Shown here one piece after another: positions 9,467-20,051 of a DNA stretch of 64,000 nucleotides. This DNA comes from an uncultured bacterium. GTDB taxonomy: Bacteria > Patescibacteriota > Minisyncoccia > Phycocordibacterales > UBA9973. The position numbers and the translations under genes are program-made. Every line of letters starts with the position of its first letter. The stretch's first letter is position 1. The DNA lies in contig CAIJZZ010000030.1 in assembly GCA_903825255.1 (NCBI GenBank), forward strand, positions 20,956 to 84,955, given 5' to 3'. The notes under the pieces were generated by a model. It saw only the letters and a list, made by a program, of their open reading frames with translations. It made no database searches and was not told the origin of the DNA.

Positions 9467-10081
9467 ATGAAAGATGAAGATTTAAAAAATAAAGAAGAAA
9501 GTGAAATTGAAGTTAAACCAATAGATATTCCAGAGGAGGATGATGTTGTTGAATTTGAGTTTAACGATGATGGGGAGGAAGATTTAAAGAAAACTCTTAA
9601 GAAATTAAGAGCTGATTTAAAAATATATAAGAAAGAAAAGGAAGAATATTTGACTGGTTGGCAGAAAGAGCGAGCGGATTTTATTAATTATAAAAAAGGA
9701 GAAGATGATCGCAAGGCTAATTTTTCAGAAGCGATGCGTGAAAGAATACTTATGCGTTTTTTGACCGTTTCTGATAGCTTTAATATGGCTTTTGCTAATA
9801 AAGAAGCTTGGGAAAAAGTAGATGAAAATTGGCGCAAAGGAGTGGAATATATTTATTCTCAAATGAATGTTATTTTTGAAGAATTTGGATTGAAGCCAGT
9901 AGGAGAAATCGGAGAAGCTTTTGATCCATCTCTTCATCAATCAATTGAAATGGTTGTCACCGATAAAAAAGAAGATGATCATAAGATTGCAGAAGTAGTC
10001 TTACGAGGTTACAAATTAACTGACCGGGTCATTCGAGCTGCGCGGGTAAACGTGTATGAATATAAAGAATCCGGAAAATAG
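9467..10081 (+). CDS. grpE: Nucleotide exchange factor GrpE
   Basis: RADFINYKK, GEAFDP.LHQ, GYKL.DRVIRAARV. Confidence 0.93.
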   Translation: MKDEDLKNKEESEIEVKPIDIPEEDDVVEFEFNDDGEEDLKKTLKKLRADLKIYKKEKEEYLTGWQKERADFINYKKGEDDRKANFSEAMRERILMRFLTVSDSFNMAFANKEAWEKVDENWRKGVEYIYSQMNVIFEEFGLKPVGEIGEAFDPSLHQSIEMVVTDKKEDDHKIAEVVLRGYKLTDRVIRAARVNVYEYKESGK

Positions 10082-11735
10082 AAATTGTCAGAATTGTCGC
10101 AAAAATTTCACTATTGAAATAGAGGATTTTAACTTTTATGAAAAGATAAAAGTACCGGCACCGACGTGGTGTCCGGAATGTCGTCAGCAAAGACGTTATG
10201 CTTGGCGCAATGAGCGCACTTTGTACAGGCGTGATTGTGATCTATGTGGTAAAAGTACCGTTACAATTTATTCACCAAATAAAGATTTAATAGTATATTG
10301 TTTGAAGTGTTGGTGGGGTGACGGATGGGATGCAAGTTTTTATGGACGAGATTTCGATTTCTCTCGAACATTTTTTGAACAATATAAAGAATTACAATCA
10401 AAAGTTCCGAGAATGGCTTTACTTTCAAAAAACAGTATAAATTCAGATTATACAAATCACTCAGGAGATAATAAAAATACTTATTTATCTTTTTGTTGTT
10501 TTGATACAGAAGACGTTTTTTATTCAACCTGGGTAATGAAATCCAGAAACTCAATGGAATGCAGTTATATTTATGATAGTGGTGAAAGACTTTATCAGTG
10601 CATTGATTCACGAAAAGTTTATCATTGTCAGTATAGTTTTTTATTAGAAAATTGTGTTGACAGTCTATATTGTTATGATTGTCACAATTGTAATAATTGT
10701 TTTATGTCTTCAAATTTGCGTAATAAAAGTTATGTTTTTAAAAATGAACAATATTCACGCGAAGGTTATTTAGAAAAAATTAAAGAATACGATCTTGGAT
10801 CCTATGAGACTCGTGAAAAATTGAGATTAGAATTTTTAGATTTAATGCTTCAGAATTCTATTCATCGTTATGCCATAATGGAACGCAATATAAATTCTAT
10901 TGGTAATCAACTATACAATAGTAAAAATTCAAAATATTGTTTTGATGCTGAGGTGCTTGAAGATACAAAATACCTTTACGCTTCACTGCAATTGAAGAAT
11001 TCAATGGATCTTTATCATATCGGCTGGAATACTGAGCTCGCTTATGAAATTCATGGCAGTCGAGGGCTTTATAATTCTCAATTTTGTCATCTTTGCTATG
11101 ACAATCAAGAATTACAATATTGCGATTCGTGTCAAAATTGTAAGAGTCTTTTTGGCTGTATTTCCGTGAAGAAAGGTAATTATATGATTTTAAATAAAAA
11201 ATATGAGAAAGTTGAATATGAAGCATTAAAAGGTAAAATTATCGAACATATGAAAAGCACCGGAGAATATGGAGAATTTTTTCCTCCTTCCATTGCACCG
11301 GTGTGTTATAACGAAACACAGGGTAATTATTATATGCCTGAAACTAGAGAAACAATTTTGGCTCGTGGCTGGACTTGGGAAGATCAAGTTTTGGGAACAT
11401 ATGGTAAAGAGACGATTAAAACAGAAGATATTCCAGATGATATAAAAAATATCACAGATGATTTTATTTTTAATATTTTAAAATGCGAAGATTGTAATAA
11501 AAATTTTAATATTATTCCTAATGAATTAAATTTTTATCGTCGCGAAGAAGTTCCGATACCACATAAATGCCCTGAATGTCGTTATAAGATGCGTTTCGCT
11601 ATTCGTTTACCTCGTCGTCTTTGGCATCGAAAATGCATGAATGAAGGCTGTCAAAATGAATTTGAAACTCCATATGCACCAGAAAGAAAAGAAATGGTTT
11701 TTTGTGAGTCGTGTTATAACAAAAAGATTTATTAA
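10056..11735 (+). CDS. Cys-rich multi-zinc-ribbon protein, paralog 1 (array A)
   Basis: N-terminal CQNC..F.IE..DF.FY...VP.PTWCPECR, CxxC-x17-CxxC, two Cys-rich repeat blocks, C-terminal CESCYNKKIY; overlaps grpE by 26 nt. Confidence 0.85.
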   Translation: MNIKNPENRNCQNCRKNFTIEIEDFNFYEKIKVPAPTWCPECRQQRRYAWRNERTLYRRDCDLCGKSTVTIYSPNKDLIVYCLKCWWGDGWDASFYGRDFDFSRTFFEQYKELQSKVPRMALLSKNSINSDYTNHSGDNKNTYLSFCCFDTEDVFYSTWVMKSRNSMECSYIYDSGERLYQCIDSRKVYHCQYSFLLENCVDSLYCYDCHNCNNCFMSSNLRNKSYVFKNEQYSREGYLEKIKEYDLGSYETREKLRLEFLDLMLQNSIHRYAIMERNINSIGNQLYNSKNSKYCFDAEVLEDTKYLYASLQLKNSMDLYHIGWNTELAYEIHGSRGLYNSQFCHLCYDNQELQYCDSCQNCKSLFGCISVKKGNYMILNKKYEKVEYEALKGKIIEHMKSTGEYGEFFPPSIAPVCYNETQGNYYMPETRETILARGWTWEDQVLGTYGKETIKTEDIPDDIKNITDDFIFNILKCEDCNKNFNIIPNELNFYRREEVPIPHKCPECRYKMRFAIRLPRRLWHRKCMNEGCQNEFETPYAPERKEMVFCESCYNKKIY

Positions 11736-11742
11736 AATTGAA

Positions 11743-13410
11743 ATGGAAAATAAAAGTGAAAACAAAATATGTCAAAACTGTCACACGGAATTCATAATTG
11801 AACCAGACGATTTCAATTTTTATGAAAAAATGCAGGTGCCAGCACCCGAAAAATGTCCAGATTGTAGACAGCAATTGCGAATGCTTTATCGGAATTTTAA
11901 AACTCTTTACAGAAGACCTTCTAGCCTATCTGGGAAAATGATTATTTCTATGTATGATTCTGATGTGTTATTTCCTGTTTATGATGTTGCCGAATGGTGG
12001 AGTGATGATTGGGAAGGGTTGTCCTATGGACAGGAAATTGATTGGGATAAGACGATTTTTGAGCAATTAGATTCCTTATTTAATATAGTTCCTCATATAT
12101 GTGTAATGAACACTAAGAGTGAAAATTGTGAGTATTCAAATATGGTAATTTCTAGTAGAAATTGTTATTTAAATTTTGGCTGTGTGGAAAATGAAAATTG
12201 TGATTATGGACATATTGTTTGGAATTCCAGAGATTCTATAGACAATCTTTATATATATAAATCTGAAGCTTGTTATGAATGTATTGATTGTATAAATTGT
12301 AATAACCTTCTCTTTTCTCAAGAATGCGAAAGTTGTGCTGAGAGTATTGGCCTTTTTGACTGCAAGGGTTGTGTGAATTGTATTGGTTGTGTTGGTCTTA
12401 TAAATAAGTCTTACTATATTTTTAATAAGCCAGCGAATAAACAAGAATATGATTCATATTTGAAATACAATCCGATCAGTGATAATAAAAATATTATTAA
12501 GATTTTAGAAGAAAGAGAAAAACTACGCAAAGAAATTCCCCAAAGATCCTTTTTTGGTTTTAGAAATAATAATGTTTCAGGTAATCATATATATAATGCT
12601 AGAAATGTTCACTATTCTTTTGATGTTAAAGGAGGAGAAAATTCTAAATTTTGTTTTACTACAAGAAAAGCCTTGGATAGTTATGATGCTTCTTTCAATC
12701 CTGATATTTCTGAATGCTATCAAATATTAAATTGTACTGGAAGCAATAAAGTGTTATTTTCGCAAGGGGTGATTGATTCCCACGATGCACATTATTCTGA
12801 CTTTTGTTACAATTGTGACAATATTTTTGGTTGTTGTGGGCTTCGCAAAAAATCTCATTGCATATTTAATAAGCAGTATTCAAAAGAAGAATATAAAGAT
12901 ATTTTATCTAAGATAATAAAAAAAATGAAAGAAGATAATGAATGGGGTCTTTTTCTTTCTGAAAAATTAAAAGTCTTTACTTATAATGAATCAATTGCAA
13001 ATGAATATATGCCACTTAGTAAAGAAGAGGCATTAAATAAGGGTTTTGGCTGGAAAGATACTATACCAAGTACTAGTGGTCAAGAAACTATTAATTTTGA
13101 GAAATTACCAAAAGATCCTAAAGAGTATGATGAAAATTTATTAAAAGAAGTTTTTGCTTGTGATGAATGTCATAAAAATTATCGCTTGATAAGCAGGGAA
13201 ATAGCTTTTTACAAAAGACAACATTTATCATTACCCCAAAAGTGTTTTAATTGTCGGCATGAAAATAGAATGAAATTACGAAACCCTAGGACTTTATTTG
13301 ATGCAATATGTACAAAGTGTGGCAAAGATATAAAAACTTCTTATGATCAAAATAAACAAAAAATTTATAAAATTTATTGCGAGGAATGTTATAACAAAGA
13401 AGTATATTAA
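11743..13410 (+). CDS. Cys-rich multi-zinc-ribbon protein, paralog 2 (array A)
   Basis: Same architecture; start reassigned to ATG 11743 (MENKSENKICQNC), 7 nt after the upstream stop. Confidence 0.85.
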   Translation: MENKSENKICQNCHTEFIIEPDDFNFYEKMQVPAPEKCPDCRQQLRMLYRNFKTLYRRPSSLSGKMIISMYDSDVLFPVYDVAEWWSDDWEGLSYGQEIDWDKTIFEQLDSLFNIVPHICVMNTKSENCEYSNMVISSRNCYLNFGCVENENCDYGHIVWNSRDSIDNLYIYKSEACYECIDCINCNNLLFSQECESCAESIGLFDCKGCVNCIGCVGLINKSYYIFNKPANKQEYDSYLKYNPISDNKNIIKILEEREKLRKEIPQRSFFGFRNNNVSGNHIYNARNVHYSFDVKGGENSKFCFTTRKALDSYDASFNPDISECYQILNCTGSNKVLFSQGVIDSHDAHYSDFCYNCDNIFGCCGLRKKSHCIFNKQYSKEEYKDILSKIIKKMKEDNEWGLFLSEKLKVFTYNESIANEYMPLSKEEALNKGFGWKDTIPSTSGQETINFEKLPKDPKEYDENLLKEVFACDECHKNYRLISREIAFYKRQHLSLPQKCFNCRHENRMKLRNPRTLFDAICTKCGKDIKTSYDQNKQKIYKIYCEECYNKEVY

Positions 13411-13413
13411 TTT

Positions 13414-15114
13414 ATGAAATCAGAAGTTAAACAATGCCAAAACTGCAAAAACGACTTTATTATTGAGCCAGATGATTTTTCTTTTTATGAAAAAATGAGA
13501 GTGTCAACACCGACGTTTTGCCCAGAATGCAGATTTATCCGACGACTTTGTTGGCGTAATGAAAGATCATTATATAAACGCATATGTGATTTATGTAAAA
13601 AAAATATTATTTCAATGTATGACAAAGATGTCACTTTTCCGGTTTATTGTCCGGATTGTTGGCGTAGTGATGCTTGGAATCCCATGGAATATGGAAAAGA
13701 ATATGATTTTTTAAAATCATTTTTTGATCAATTTAAAGAATTATTTTATAAAGTTCCACGTATTTCTGTTTGGTCACTTAGAAATAATATAAATGTTGAA
13801 TATGCCAATTTTGTTTATAATTCGAAAAATATTTACCTATCTTATTCAATAATTGATGATTCAGAAGATATCTTTTTTTCAAGTAACCTTGATGATTCAA
13901 AATCAATGATTGATGTATATAATGCATCAAAAAGTGAATTTGTTTACGAATCTATAGGATCTGTAAAAAACTATAATTGCAAATATACATATTGGTCATC
14001 AAGTTGTGTTGATTGTAGTTTTATCCTTGATTGCATAAATTGCTCGGATTGTTTTGCTTGTGTAAATTTAAGAAATCAAAAATATTGTATTTGGAATGTG
14101 GAATATTCGAAAGAAGAATATTTAAATAAAATTAAAAAAATTAATATAGGAAGCTATGAATCACTTCAAAAAAACATACGTGAGTTTTGGGATTTTTCTT
14201 TAAAATTTCCTAGAAAATATACTCGAATATTAAATAGTCATAATTCTAGTGGTGATGAACTTCGTGATTGTAAAAATGTTAATTATTCATTTAATTGTTT
14301 TAATTCAGAAAATGCAAAATATGGATATAGATCTCCTAGTATAAAAGATGCTATGGATATAAACCATTTTCATAATGCTGAATTAGCTTATGAACATTCG
14401 ACTGGAGGCTCATTCAATAGTTCTAATATTAAATTTATTATTAATGGTGGAGATGCAACAAATGGATTAGAATATAGTGATTTTTGTCATTCTTCAAATA
14501 ATCTCTTTGCGTGTATTGGTATAAAGTCAAAAAATTATTGTATTTTTAATAAGCAATATGGAAAAGCAGAATATTTTGAAATAGTAGAAAAAATTAAGAA
14601 GCAGATGAATAAAATGCCTTACATAGATAAAAAAGGTAATGAATATAAATATGGAGAATTTTTTCCTTCTGAGCTTTCACCCTTTGGTTATAATGAAACG
14701 GTTGCTAATGATCATTTTCCATTAGAAAAGGAAAAAATTTTAGAAGGAGGTTATAATTGGAAAAATAAAGAAGAAAACAAATATAAAATTACGAAAAAAG
14801 CAAAAGAATTACCAGACGATATAAAAGATGTTGACGATTCAATTTTAAATGAAGTGATAGAATGTGCTCAATCAAAAAAGGCTTTTAAAATAACACCCTT
14901 TGAACTTCAGTTTTATCGTAGAATGAATATTCCGATTCCTAGACTTCATCAAGACGAAAGATACAAAAAAAGGCTTACCTTGAGAAATCCAATGAAACTC
15001 TGGCATCGAAAGTGTATGCATAAAGATTGTGTGAATGAATTTGAAACTCCTTATGCGCCAGAACGGCAGGAGATAATTTATTGCGAACGTTGTTATCAGC
15101 AAGAAGTTTATTAA
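13414..15114 (+). CDS. Cys-rich multi-zinc-ribbon protein, paralog 3 (array A)
   Basis: MKSEVKQCQNC...CERCYQQEVY. Confidence 0.85.
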   Translation: MKSEVKQCQNCKNDFIIEPDDFSFYEKMRVSTPTFCPECRFIRRLCWRNERSLYKRICDLCKKNIISMYDKDVTFPVYCPDCWRSDAWNPMEYGKEYDFLKSFFDQFKELFYKVPRISVWSLRNNINVEYANFVYNSKNIYLSYSIIDDSEDIFFSSNLDDSKSMIDVYNASKSEFVYESIGSVKNYNCKYTYWSSSCVDCSFILDCINCSDCFACVNLRNQKYCIWNVEYSKEEYLNKIKKINIGSYESLQKNIREFWDFSLKFPRKYTRILNSHNSSGDELRDCKNVNYSFNCFNSENAKYGYRSPSIKDAMDINHFHNAELAYEHSTGGSFNSSNIKFIINGGDATNGLEYSDFCHSSNNLFACIGIKSKNYCIFNKQYGKAEYFEIVEKIKKQMNKMPYIDKKGNEYKYGEFFPSELSPFGYNETVANDHFPLEKEKILEGGYNWKNKEENKYKITKKAKELPDDIKDVDDSILNEVIECAQSKKAFKITPFELQFYRRMNIPIPRLHQDERYKKRLTLRNPMKLWHRKCMHKDCVNEFETPYAPERQEIIYCERCYQQEVY

Positions 15115-15177
15115 TTATTATTTTTTGAATTTGTGTGGTATAATATAGACGAGACATAGAAGTCTCGCTTTGTTTTT

Positions 15178-16953
15178 ATGGAAAAAGATTATTCAAATTT
15201 ACATCGAGGCTTAGTCCTCAAATATTTCTGGCAAGTTATTAAACAATATAAATTGTCCTTTTTTATTGTAATTATTTTTACTACCATTGCTTCAATTTTA
15301 GATGTATATATTCCACTCAAATATCTAAAACTCTGGAATGTTTTGAATGCGAATAATTTTGATCTAGTCAATACTGCTCGATCAATTGTTCTTTTGATTT
15401 TATTACTTAATTTCGTTAGATTTTTTGTTCGTAGAGTTTCAGGATTTTATCTTTCATACTTTGAAGCTTCGACTATGGCCGGTCTTCGTAAACAAGCCTT
15501 TGCTTATATGATTGGTCATTCACATTCCTTTTTTGCAAACAATTTTAGTGGTTCGCTAGTAAGAAAAATAAATAAATATGCCAATGCTTTTGAAAAATTG
15601 GCGGATCGGATGATAATTGATGGATTACCATTACTCATTCAAGGTGTAGGTACTGTCGTAGCCATATATTTTTTGCTTCCAAAATACTCTTATATAATGA
15701 TGGCATTTTTAGCAGTTACGTTATTCACGATTCTGATTGCTACAAAATATAAATTAAAATATGATGTTTTGTCAGCTGAGGCAGATACGAGGACCACTGG
15801 TGCTCTAGCGGATTCTATTGGTAACCATTCTTCTATTCAACTTTTTACTGGTGGTGAATATGAAAATAAAATAGTTGGTGAAACGATTGAAAAACAAAAG
15901 CGTGCTACATTTATTAATTGGTCCTTATGGGAAGGATTGAATACTGTTGTGAGTTTTTACATGCTCATTGTTGAATTTGTCATTTTTTGGATAGCAGTGG
16001 GGGATTGGAGACTAGGCCTTATAGGTTTGCCAGTAATGGTATTATTACAAAGTTATCTAATACGCCTAGTAGGTAATTTATTCAATTTTGGCGGAATTAT
16101 TCGCGCTTACTATGAAAGTTTTGCTGATGCTCAAGAAATGGCTGTGGTTATGGACACTCCGTATGAAATTTTAGATAAGCCAACTACAGAAATAAATAAA
16201 GTAAAAGGTGAAGTAATCTTTGAGGATGTTACTTATATTTATAAAAATAATAATATTAAAGTATTAGATAATTTTTTTGTCACAGTGCCAGCTGGACAAA
16301 AGATTGCTATCGTCGGTTCTTCTGGTGCAGGGAAGACCACTTTTGTTCGCTTACTTATGAGGATATTTAATTTAAATTCTGGAAGAATTTTGATTGATGG
16401 AATAAATATTAATGATATTACTCAAAAAAATCTTCGTGAACAAATAGCTTTTGTTCCACAGGATCCAATACTTTTCCATCGTACTTTAATGGAAAATATT
16501 CGTTACGGTAGGCGAGATGCTACTGATGAAGAAGTTCTAAAAGCTGCGCATCTAGCACATTGTGATGCCTTCATAGATAGTTTACCACAAGGTTATGATA
16601 CATATGTCGGTGAGCGTGGAGTGAAACTCTCTGGTGGAGAACGTCAGCGTGTCGCTATTGCTCGAGCTATTTTAAAAGATGCTCCGATTTTAGTCTTAGA
16701 CGAAGCGACTTCTTCACTTGACTCTCATTCTGAATTTTTAATTCAAGATGCCTTACATAATCTTATTCAAGGTAAAACTACGATTGTTATTGCACATAGA
16801 CTTTCTACTATTAGAGAAATGGATAGAATTATTGTTTTGGAAAAAGGAAAAATAATTGAAGACGGAACGCATGAAAAATTATCTAAAAAGAGAAATGGTT
16901 TATATAAAAAACTATGGGATTTACAAGCGGGAGGATTTAAAAATGAAATTTAG
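15178..16953 (+). CDS. ABC exporter, fused TMD-NBD
   Basis: N-terminal TM helices; GSSGAGKTT, LSGGERQR, ILVLDEATS, IAHRL. Confidence 0.95.
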   Translation: MEKDYSNLHRGLVLKYFWQVIKQYKLSFFIVIIFTTIASILDVYIPLKYLKLWNVLNANNFDLVNTARSIVLLILLLNFVRFFVRRVSGFYLSYFEASTMAGLRKQAFAYMIGHSHSFFANNFSGSLVRKINKYANAFEKLADRMIIDGLPLLIQGVGTVVAIYFLLPKYSYIMMAFLAVTLFTILIATKYKLKYDVLSAEADTRTTGALADSIGNHSSIQLFTGGEYENKIVGETIEKQKRATFINWSLWEGLNTVVSFYMLIVEFVIFWIAVGDWRLGLIGLPVMVLLQSYLIRLVGNLFNFGGIIRAYYESFADAQEMAVVMDTPYEILDKPTTEINKVKGEVIFEDVTYIYKNNNIKVLDNFFVTVPAGQKIAIVGSSGAGKTTFVRLLMRIFNLNSGRILIDGININDITQKNLREQIAFVPQDPILFHRTLMENIRYGRRDATDEEVLKAAHLAHCDAFIDSLPQGYDTYVGERGVKLSGGERQRVAIARAILKDAPILVLDEATSSLDSHSEFLIQDALHNLIQGKTTIVIAHRLSTIREMDRIIVLEKGKIIEDGTHEKLSKKRNGLYKKLWDLQAGGFKNEI

Positions 16954-16956
16954 AAA

Positions 16957-17511
16957 TTATTTTTTGAGACTTTCTAAAAATGCGAGATTAGTTTCTGGAT
17001 CGAGTTTGTCAGTGACGATGATCATGAGCTCTGTTCCAAGACCTAAATCTTTTTTAATATTTGTGAAAAGGTGTTCATATGGAAGTGGGGAGATCCAAAC
17101 AGTATTTTTTACGCAGACGAAGTTCGCTTTTTTTAATAAATAACGGATCGCTTCACGTTCACTTTTGCGTTCCTCTGGAATATCAATAATAATAATTCGC
17201 CAAAAGCCGTCCCAAGTATTCGGCACGAGGGCTTCACCACCCTCAAGCTGTATTGTATTTAATTTCTTTTTTCCTTCTTTAGTGAGGCGCGCATAATCGT
17301 TTTGGCCAGATGAAAGCTGTTCAATGAGCCCTGCTTCTCGAAGTCCTTTTAAAGAGCGGGTAAGGGCGTAGGAAGCGTTTTTAGAGCAATCTTGGGTGTT
17401 CACCTTATTATTCAGTTCTGATAGGGAAATGGCTGGTTTTTCGGCTAAAAGCTTCAAAATAGCCTTTTGAATATTGGGGTTTTTTTTGTTTGGGATATCC
17501 TTCTTATTCAT
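16957..17511 (-). CDS. PaaX-like transcriptional regulator (wHTH plus ferredoxin-like central domain)
   Basis: wHTH ...LREAGLI...RLTKEG followed by WDGFWRIIIIDIPE...VWISP. Confidence 0.75.
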   Translation of the reverse strand: MNKKDIPNKKNPNIQKAILKLLAEKPAISLSELNNKVNTQDCSKNASYALTRSLKGLREAGLIEQLSSGQNDYARLTKEGKKKLNTIQLEGGEALVPNTWDGFWRIIIIDIPEERKSEREAIRYLLKKANFVCVKNTVWISPLPYEHLFTNIKKDLGLGTELMIIVTDKLDPETNLAFLESLKK

Positions 17512-17612
17512 ATACTTGACATTGTATCATATATAAATATAATATCAACAAGTATTTTGCGGTCACGAAATACTTGTCAAAAATAATGAAGAGGTATATA
17601 ATAGAAAACATT

Positions 17613-17984
17613 ATGCAAGAAGGTGTCCCTAAAAATGAAGATAAGAAAATAAATTCAGTTAAAAGCATTGATCATCTCTTAAATGATTTTTCAAATGAAA
17701 TTCCAGAAAAAATGGCCCGTGAACTTATTGAAGGCGGGTCTAATTTTGGCAGTGAATATTATAAGTTAAAAGTAAGGATAAATTGGTTTCATGGAGTTTT
17801 AAGTACATTGGAAAGTGCATATTATAAAGGATTTTTACCTGAAGATTTTTGGAAAGAAATTACTGATTTTATAAAGAAATTTAAAGAAAGTCATATAAAA
17901 ACTTCTGATAGAACAACAAAAGAAGAAATTGAGAAAGCAGATGATTTATTAAGAAGGGCTAAAGAGTTTATTGAAAAAAAATAA
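17613..17984 (+). CDS. Hypothetical protein
   Basis: Open frame; likely start ATG 17613 downstream of TATAAT; no recognisable motif. Confidence 0.6.
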   Translation: MQEGVPKNEDKKINSVKSIDHLLNDFSNEIPEKMARELIEGGSNFGSEYYKLKVRINWFHGVLSTLESAYYKGFLPEDFWKEITDFIKKFKESHIKTSDRTTKEEIEKADDLLRRAKEFIEKK

Positions 17985-18057
17985 TTACAAACCCCGAAAG
18001 TCGAAGTCGGGAAATAAATAAAAAACAAAACATTATAAGTTTAATAAATAAAAAAAT

Positions 18058-19974
18058 ATGTCAAAAATAATAGGTATAGACTTAGGAACAACAAATTCGG
18101 CCGTGGCTATCATTGAAGGTGGCGCCCCGAAAATAGTCGAAAATGTGGAAGGCAATCGCACGACGCCTTCTGTGGTAGCGACAGCCAAGAATGGTGATCG
18201 TATTGCCGGTCTTTTAGCGAAGCGTCAAGCAGTGACAAATCCAGAAAATACAATTTCTGAGATTAAACGTTATATGGGTCATAGATTTGATGATCCAGGT
18301 GTACAAAAAGATAAAACTTCAGCTCCATTTAAAATTGAAGCTAGTGAAGATGGTGGTGTGAAGGTAAAAATGTCTGATAAATTTTATCGTCCAGAAGAAA
18401 TTTCTGCGATGATTTTACAGAAAATAAAAACAGATGTGGAAACTAAATTAGGTGAGAAAATTACTGAAGCTGTTATTACTGTGCCAGCTTATTTTAATGA
18501 TGCGCAAAGAAAAGCTACCAAAGATGCAGGTCTTATCGCTGGGCTTGATGTAAAACGCATTATTAACGAACCGACAGCCGCAGCTCTTGCTTACGGATTC
18601 GATAAAAAGAAAAATGAAAAAATAGTAGTATATGATTTCGGTGGCGGAACCTTTGATGTATCTGTACTTGAAATCGGAGATGATGTCATAGAAGTGAAGT
18701 CTACTGATGGTGATAGTCATATGGGTGGAGGTGATATTGATCGTAAGATGATTGCTTGGATTGCGGAAGAATATAAAAAGGAATCTGGTATGGACGTACG
18801 TAAAGATCCACTCGCTCATCAAAGATTAAAAGAAGCAGCCGAAAAAGCTAAACACGAACTTTCTACCACTATGGAAACAGAAATTAATATTCCATTTATT
18901 ACTTCTGATGCTTCAGGTCCAAAACATTTGTTAATGAAAATGTCTCGAGCTACTTTGGAATCTCTTGCAAAAGAATATATTGATCACTCTATTGAAATTA
19001 CTAAGAGGGCACTCGAAGCCTCACCATTTAAGATGAATGAAATTAATGAAATCATTATGGTGGGCGGACAGACTCGAATGCCGGCAATCGTAGAAGCTGT
19101 GAAAAATCTTTTTGGTAAAGCTCCAAATATGACGATTAATCCTGATGAAGTGGTTGCCTTAGGCGCAGCTGTGCAAGCTGGAGTCTTAGCTGGAGATGTA
19201 CGAGATGTTTTGCTTTTAGATGTTATACCGCTTTCGCTTGGTATTGAAACCTTGGGAGGAGTAGCCACAAAATTAATTGAACGCAATACCACTATTCCAT
19301 CTTCTAAATCTCAAATCTTTTCTACGGCTGCGGACAATCAAACTTCTGTAGAAATTCACATTGTGCAAGGAGAACGCCCAATGGCTACTGACAATAAGAG
19401 TCTCGGTAGATTTATTTTAGATGGCGTACCGCCAGCTCCAAGAGGCATTCCTCAAGTGGAAGTGACTTTTGATGTAGATGCGAATGGAATTTTAAATGTA
19501 AAGGCGCTAGAAAAAGCATCTGGTAAAGTGCAATCAATAAAGATTGAGGCAAGTTCTGGACTCAAAGATGAAGACATTAAGAAAATGCAACAAGATGCAG
19601 AAGTGCATGCAGAAGAAGATAAAAAGAAAAGGGAAGTTGCGGATGTTAAAAATACTGCTGAAATGATTATTTACACTGCAGAAAAAGCTTTGAAAGATAA
19701 TGAAGCAAAAATCGGAGCGGAATTAAAAGATGAAGTGAATAAAAAAATCACTACGCTTCGTACTGTAAAAGATGGTACTGATGCGGAGGCGATTAAAAAA
19801 GCAACTGAAGAGCTTTCAGCTGAAATGTCTAAGATAGGCGAAGCGATGAATAAAGCTAATGCCGAAGCCGGACAAACTCCACCAAACCCAGGAACTGGAA
19901 CGGAAGAGCAAGGTCCAGAAATTCATAATGCTGAATTCAAAGAAGGTGATAAACCTGAAGATGAAAAGAAATAA
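18058..19974 (+). CDS. dnaK: Chaperone DnaK
   Basis: [38 protein letters not shown]. Confidence 0.99.
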   Translation: MSKIIGIDLGTTNSAVAIIEGGAPKIVENVEGNRTTPSVVATAKNGDRIAGLLAKRQAVTNPENTISEIKRYMGHRFDDPGVQKDKTSAPFKIEASEDGGVKVKMSDKFYRPEEISAMILQKIKTDVETKLGEKITEAVITVPAYFNDAQRKATKDAGLIAGLDVKRIINEPTAAALAYGFDKKKNEKIVVYDFGGGTFDVSVLEIGDDVIEVKSTDGDSHMGGGDIDRKMIAWIAEEYKKESGMDVRKDPLAHQRLKEAAEKAKHELSTTMETEINIPFITSDASGPKHLLMKMSRATLESLAKEYIDHSIEITKRALEASPFKMNEINEIIMVGGQTRMPAIVEAVKNLFGKAPNMTINPDEVVALGAAVQAGVLAGDVRDVLLLDVIPLSLGIETLGGVATKLIERNTTIPSSKSQIFSTAADNQTSVEIHIVQGERPMATDNKSLGRFILDGVPPAPRGIPQVEVTFDVDANGILNVKALEKASGKVQSIKIEASSGLKDEDIKKMQQDAEVHAEEDKKKREVADVKNTAEMIIYTAEKALKDNEAKIGAELKDEVNKKITTLRTVKDGTDAEAIKKATEELSAEMSKIGEAMNKANAEAGQTPPNPGTGTEEQGPEIHNAEFKEGDKPEDEKK

Positions 19975-19989
19975 TAATTACTAATCTTT

Positions 19990-20024
19990 AAAATTAAAAA
20001 GCCCTAAAAGGGCTTTTTAATTTT
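19990..20024 (+). terminator. Intrinsic terminator after dnaK
   Basis: AAAATTAAAAAGCCC-TAAAA-GGGCTTTTTAATTTT. Confidence 0.8.
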
Positions 20025-20051
20025 ATTATCCAATGTTATAATTTAAACTAT

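Noticed and set aside
11641-11742. ORF-track N-terminal extensions (also 2747, 17574, 31204, 41245, 44769, 47926)
   Set aside because: Most overlap neighbouring genes or promoters; downstream ATGs match family N-termini or the -10 spacing.
16957-17511. Cas2-like motif (IIDIPE...VWI) suggesting CRISPR-Cas
   Set aside because: It is fused to a wHTH in PaaX-like fashion; no cas1 and no repeat-spacer array were seen in the window.
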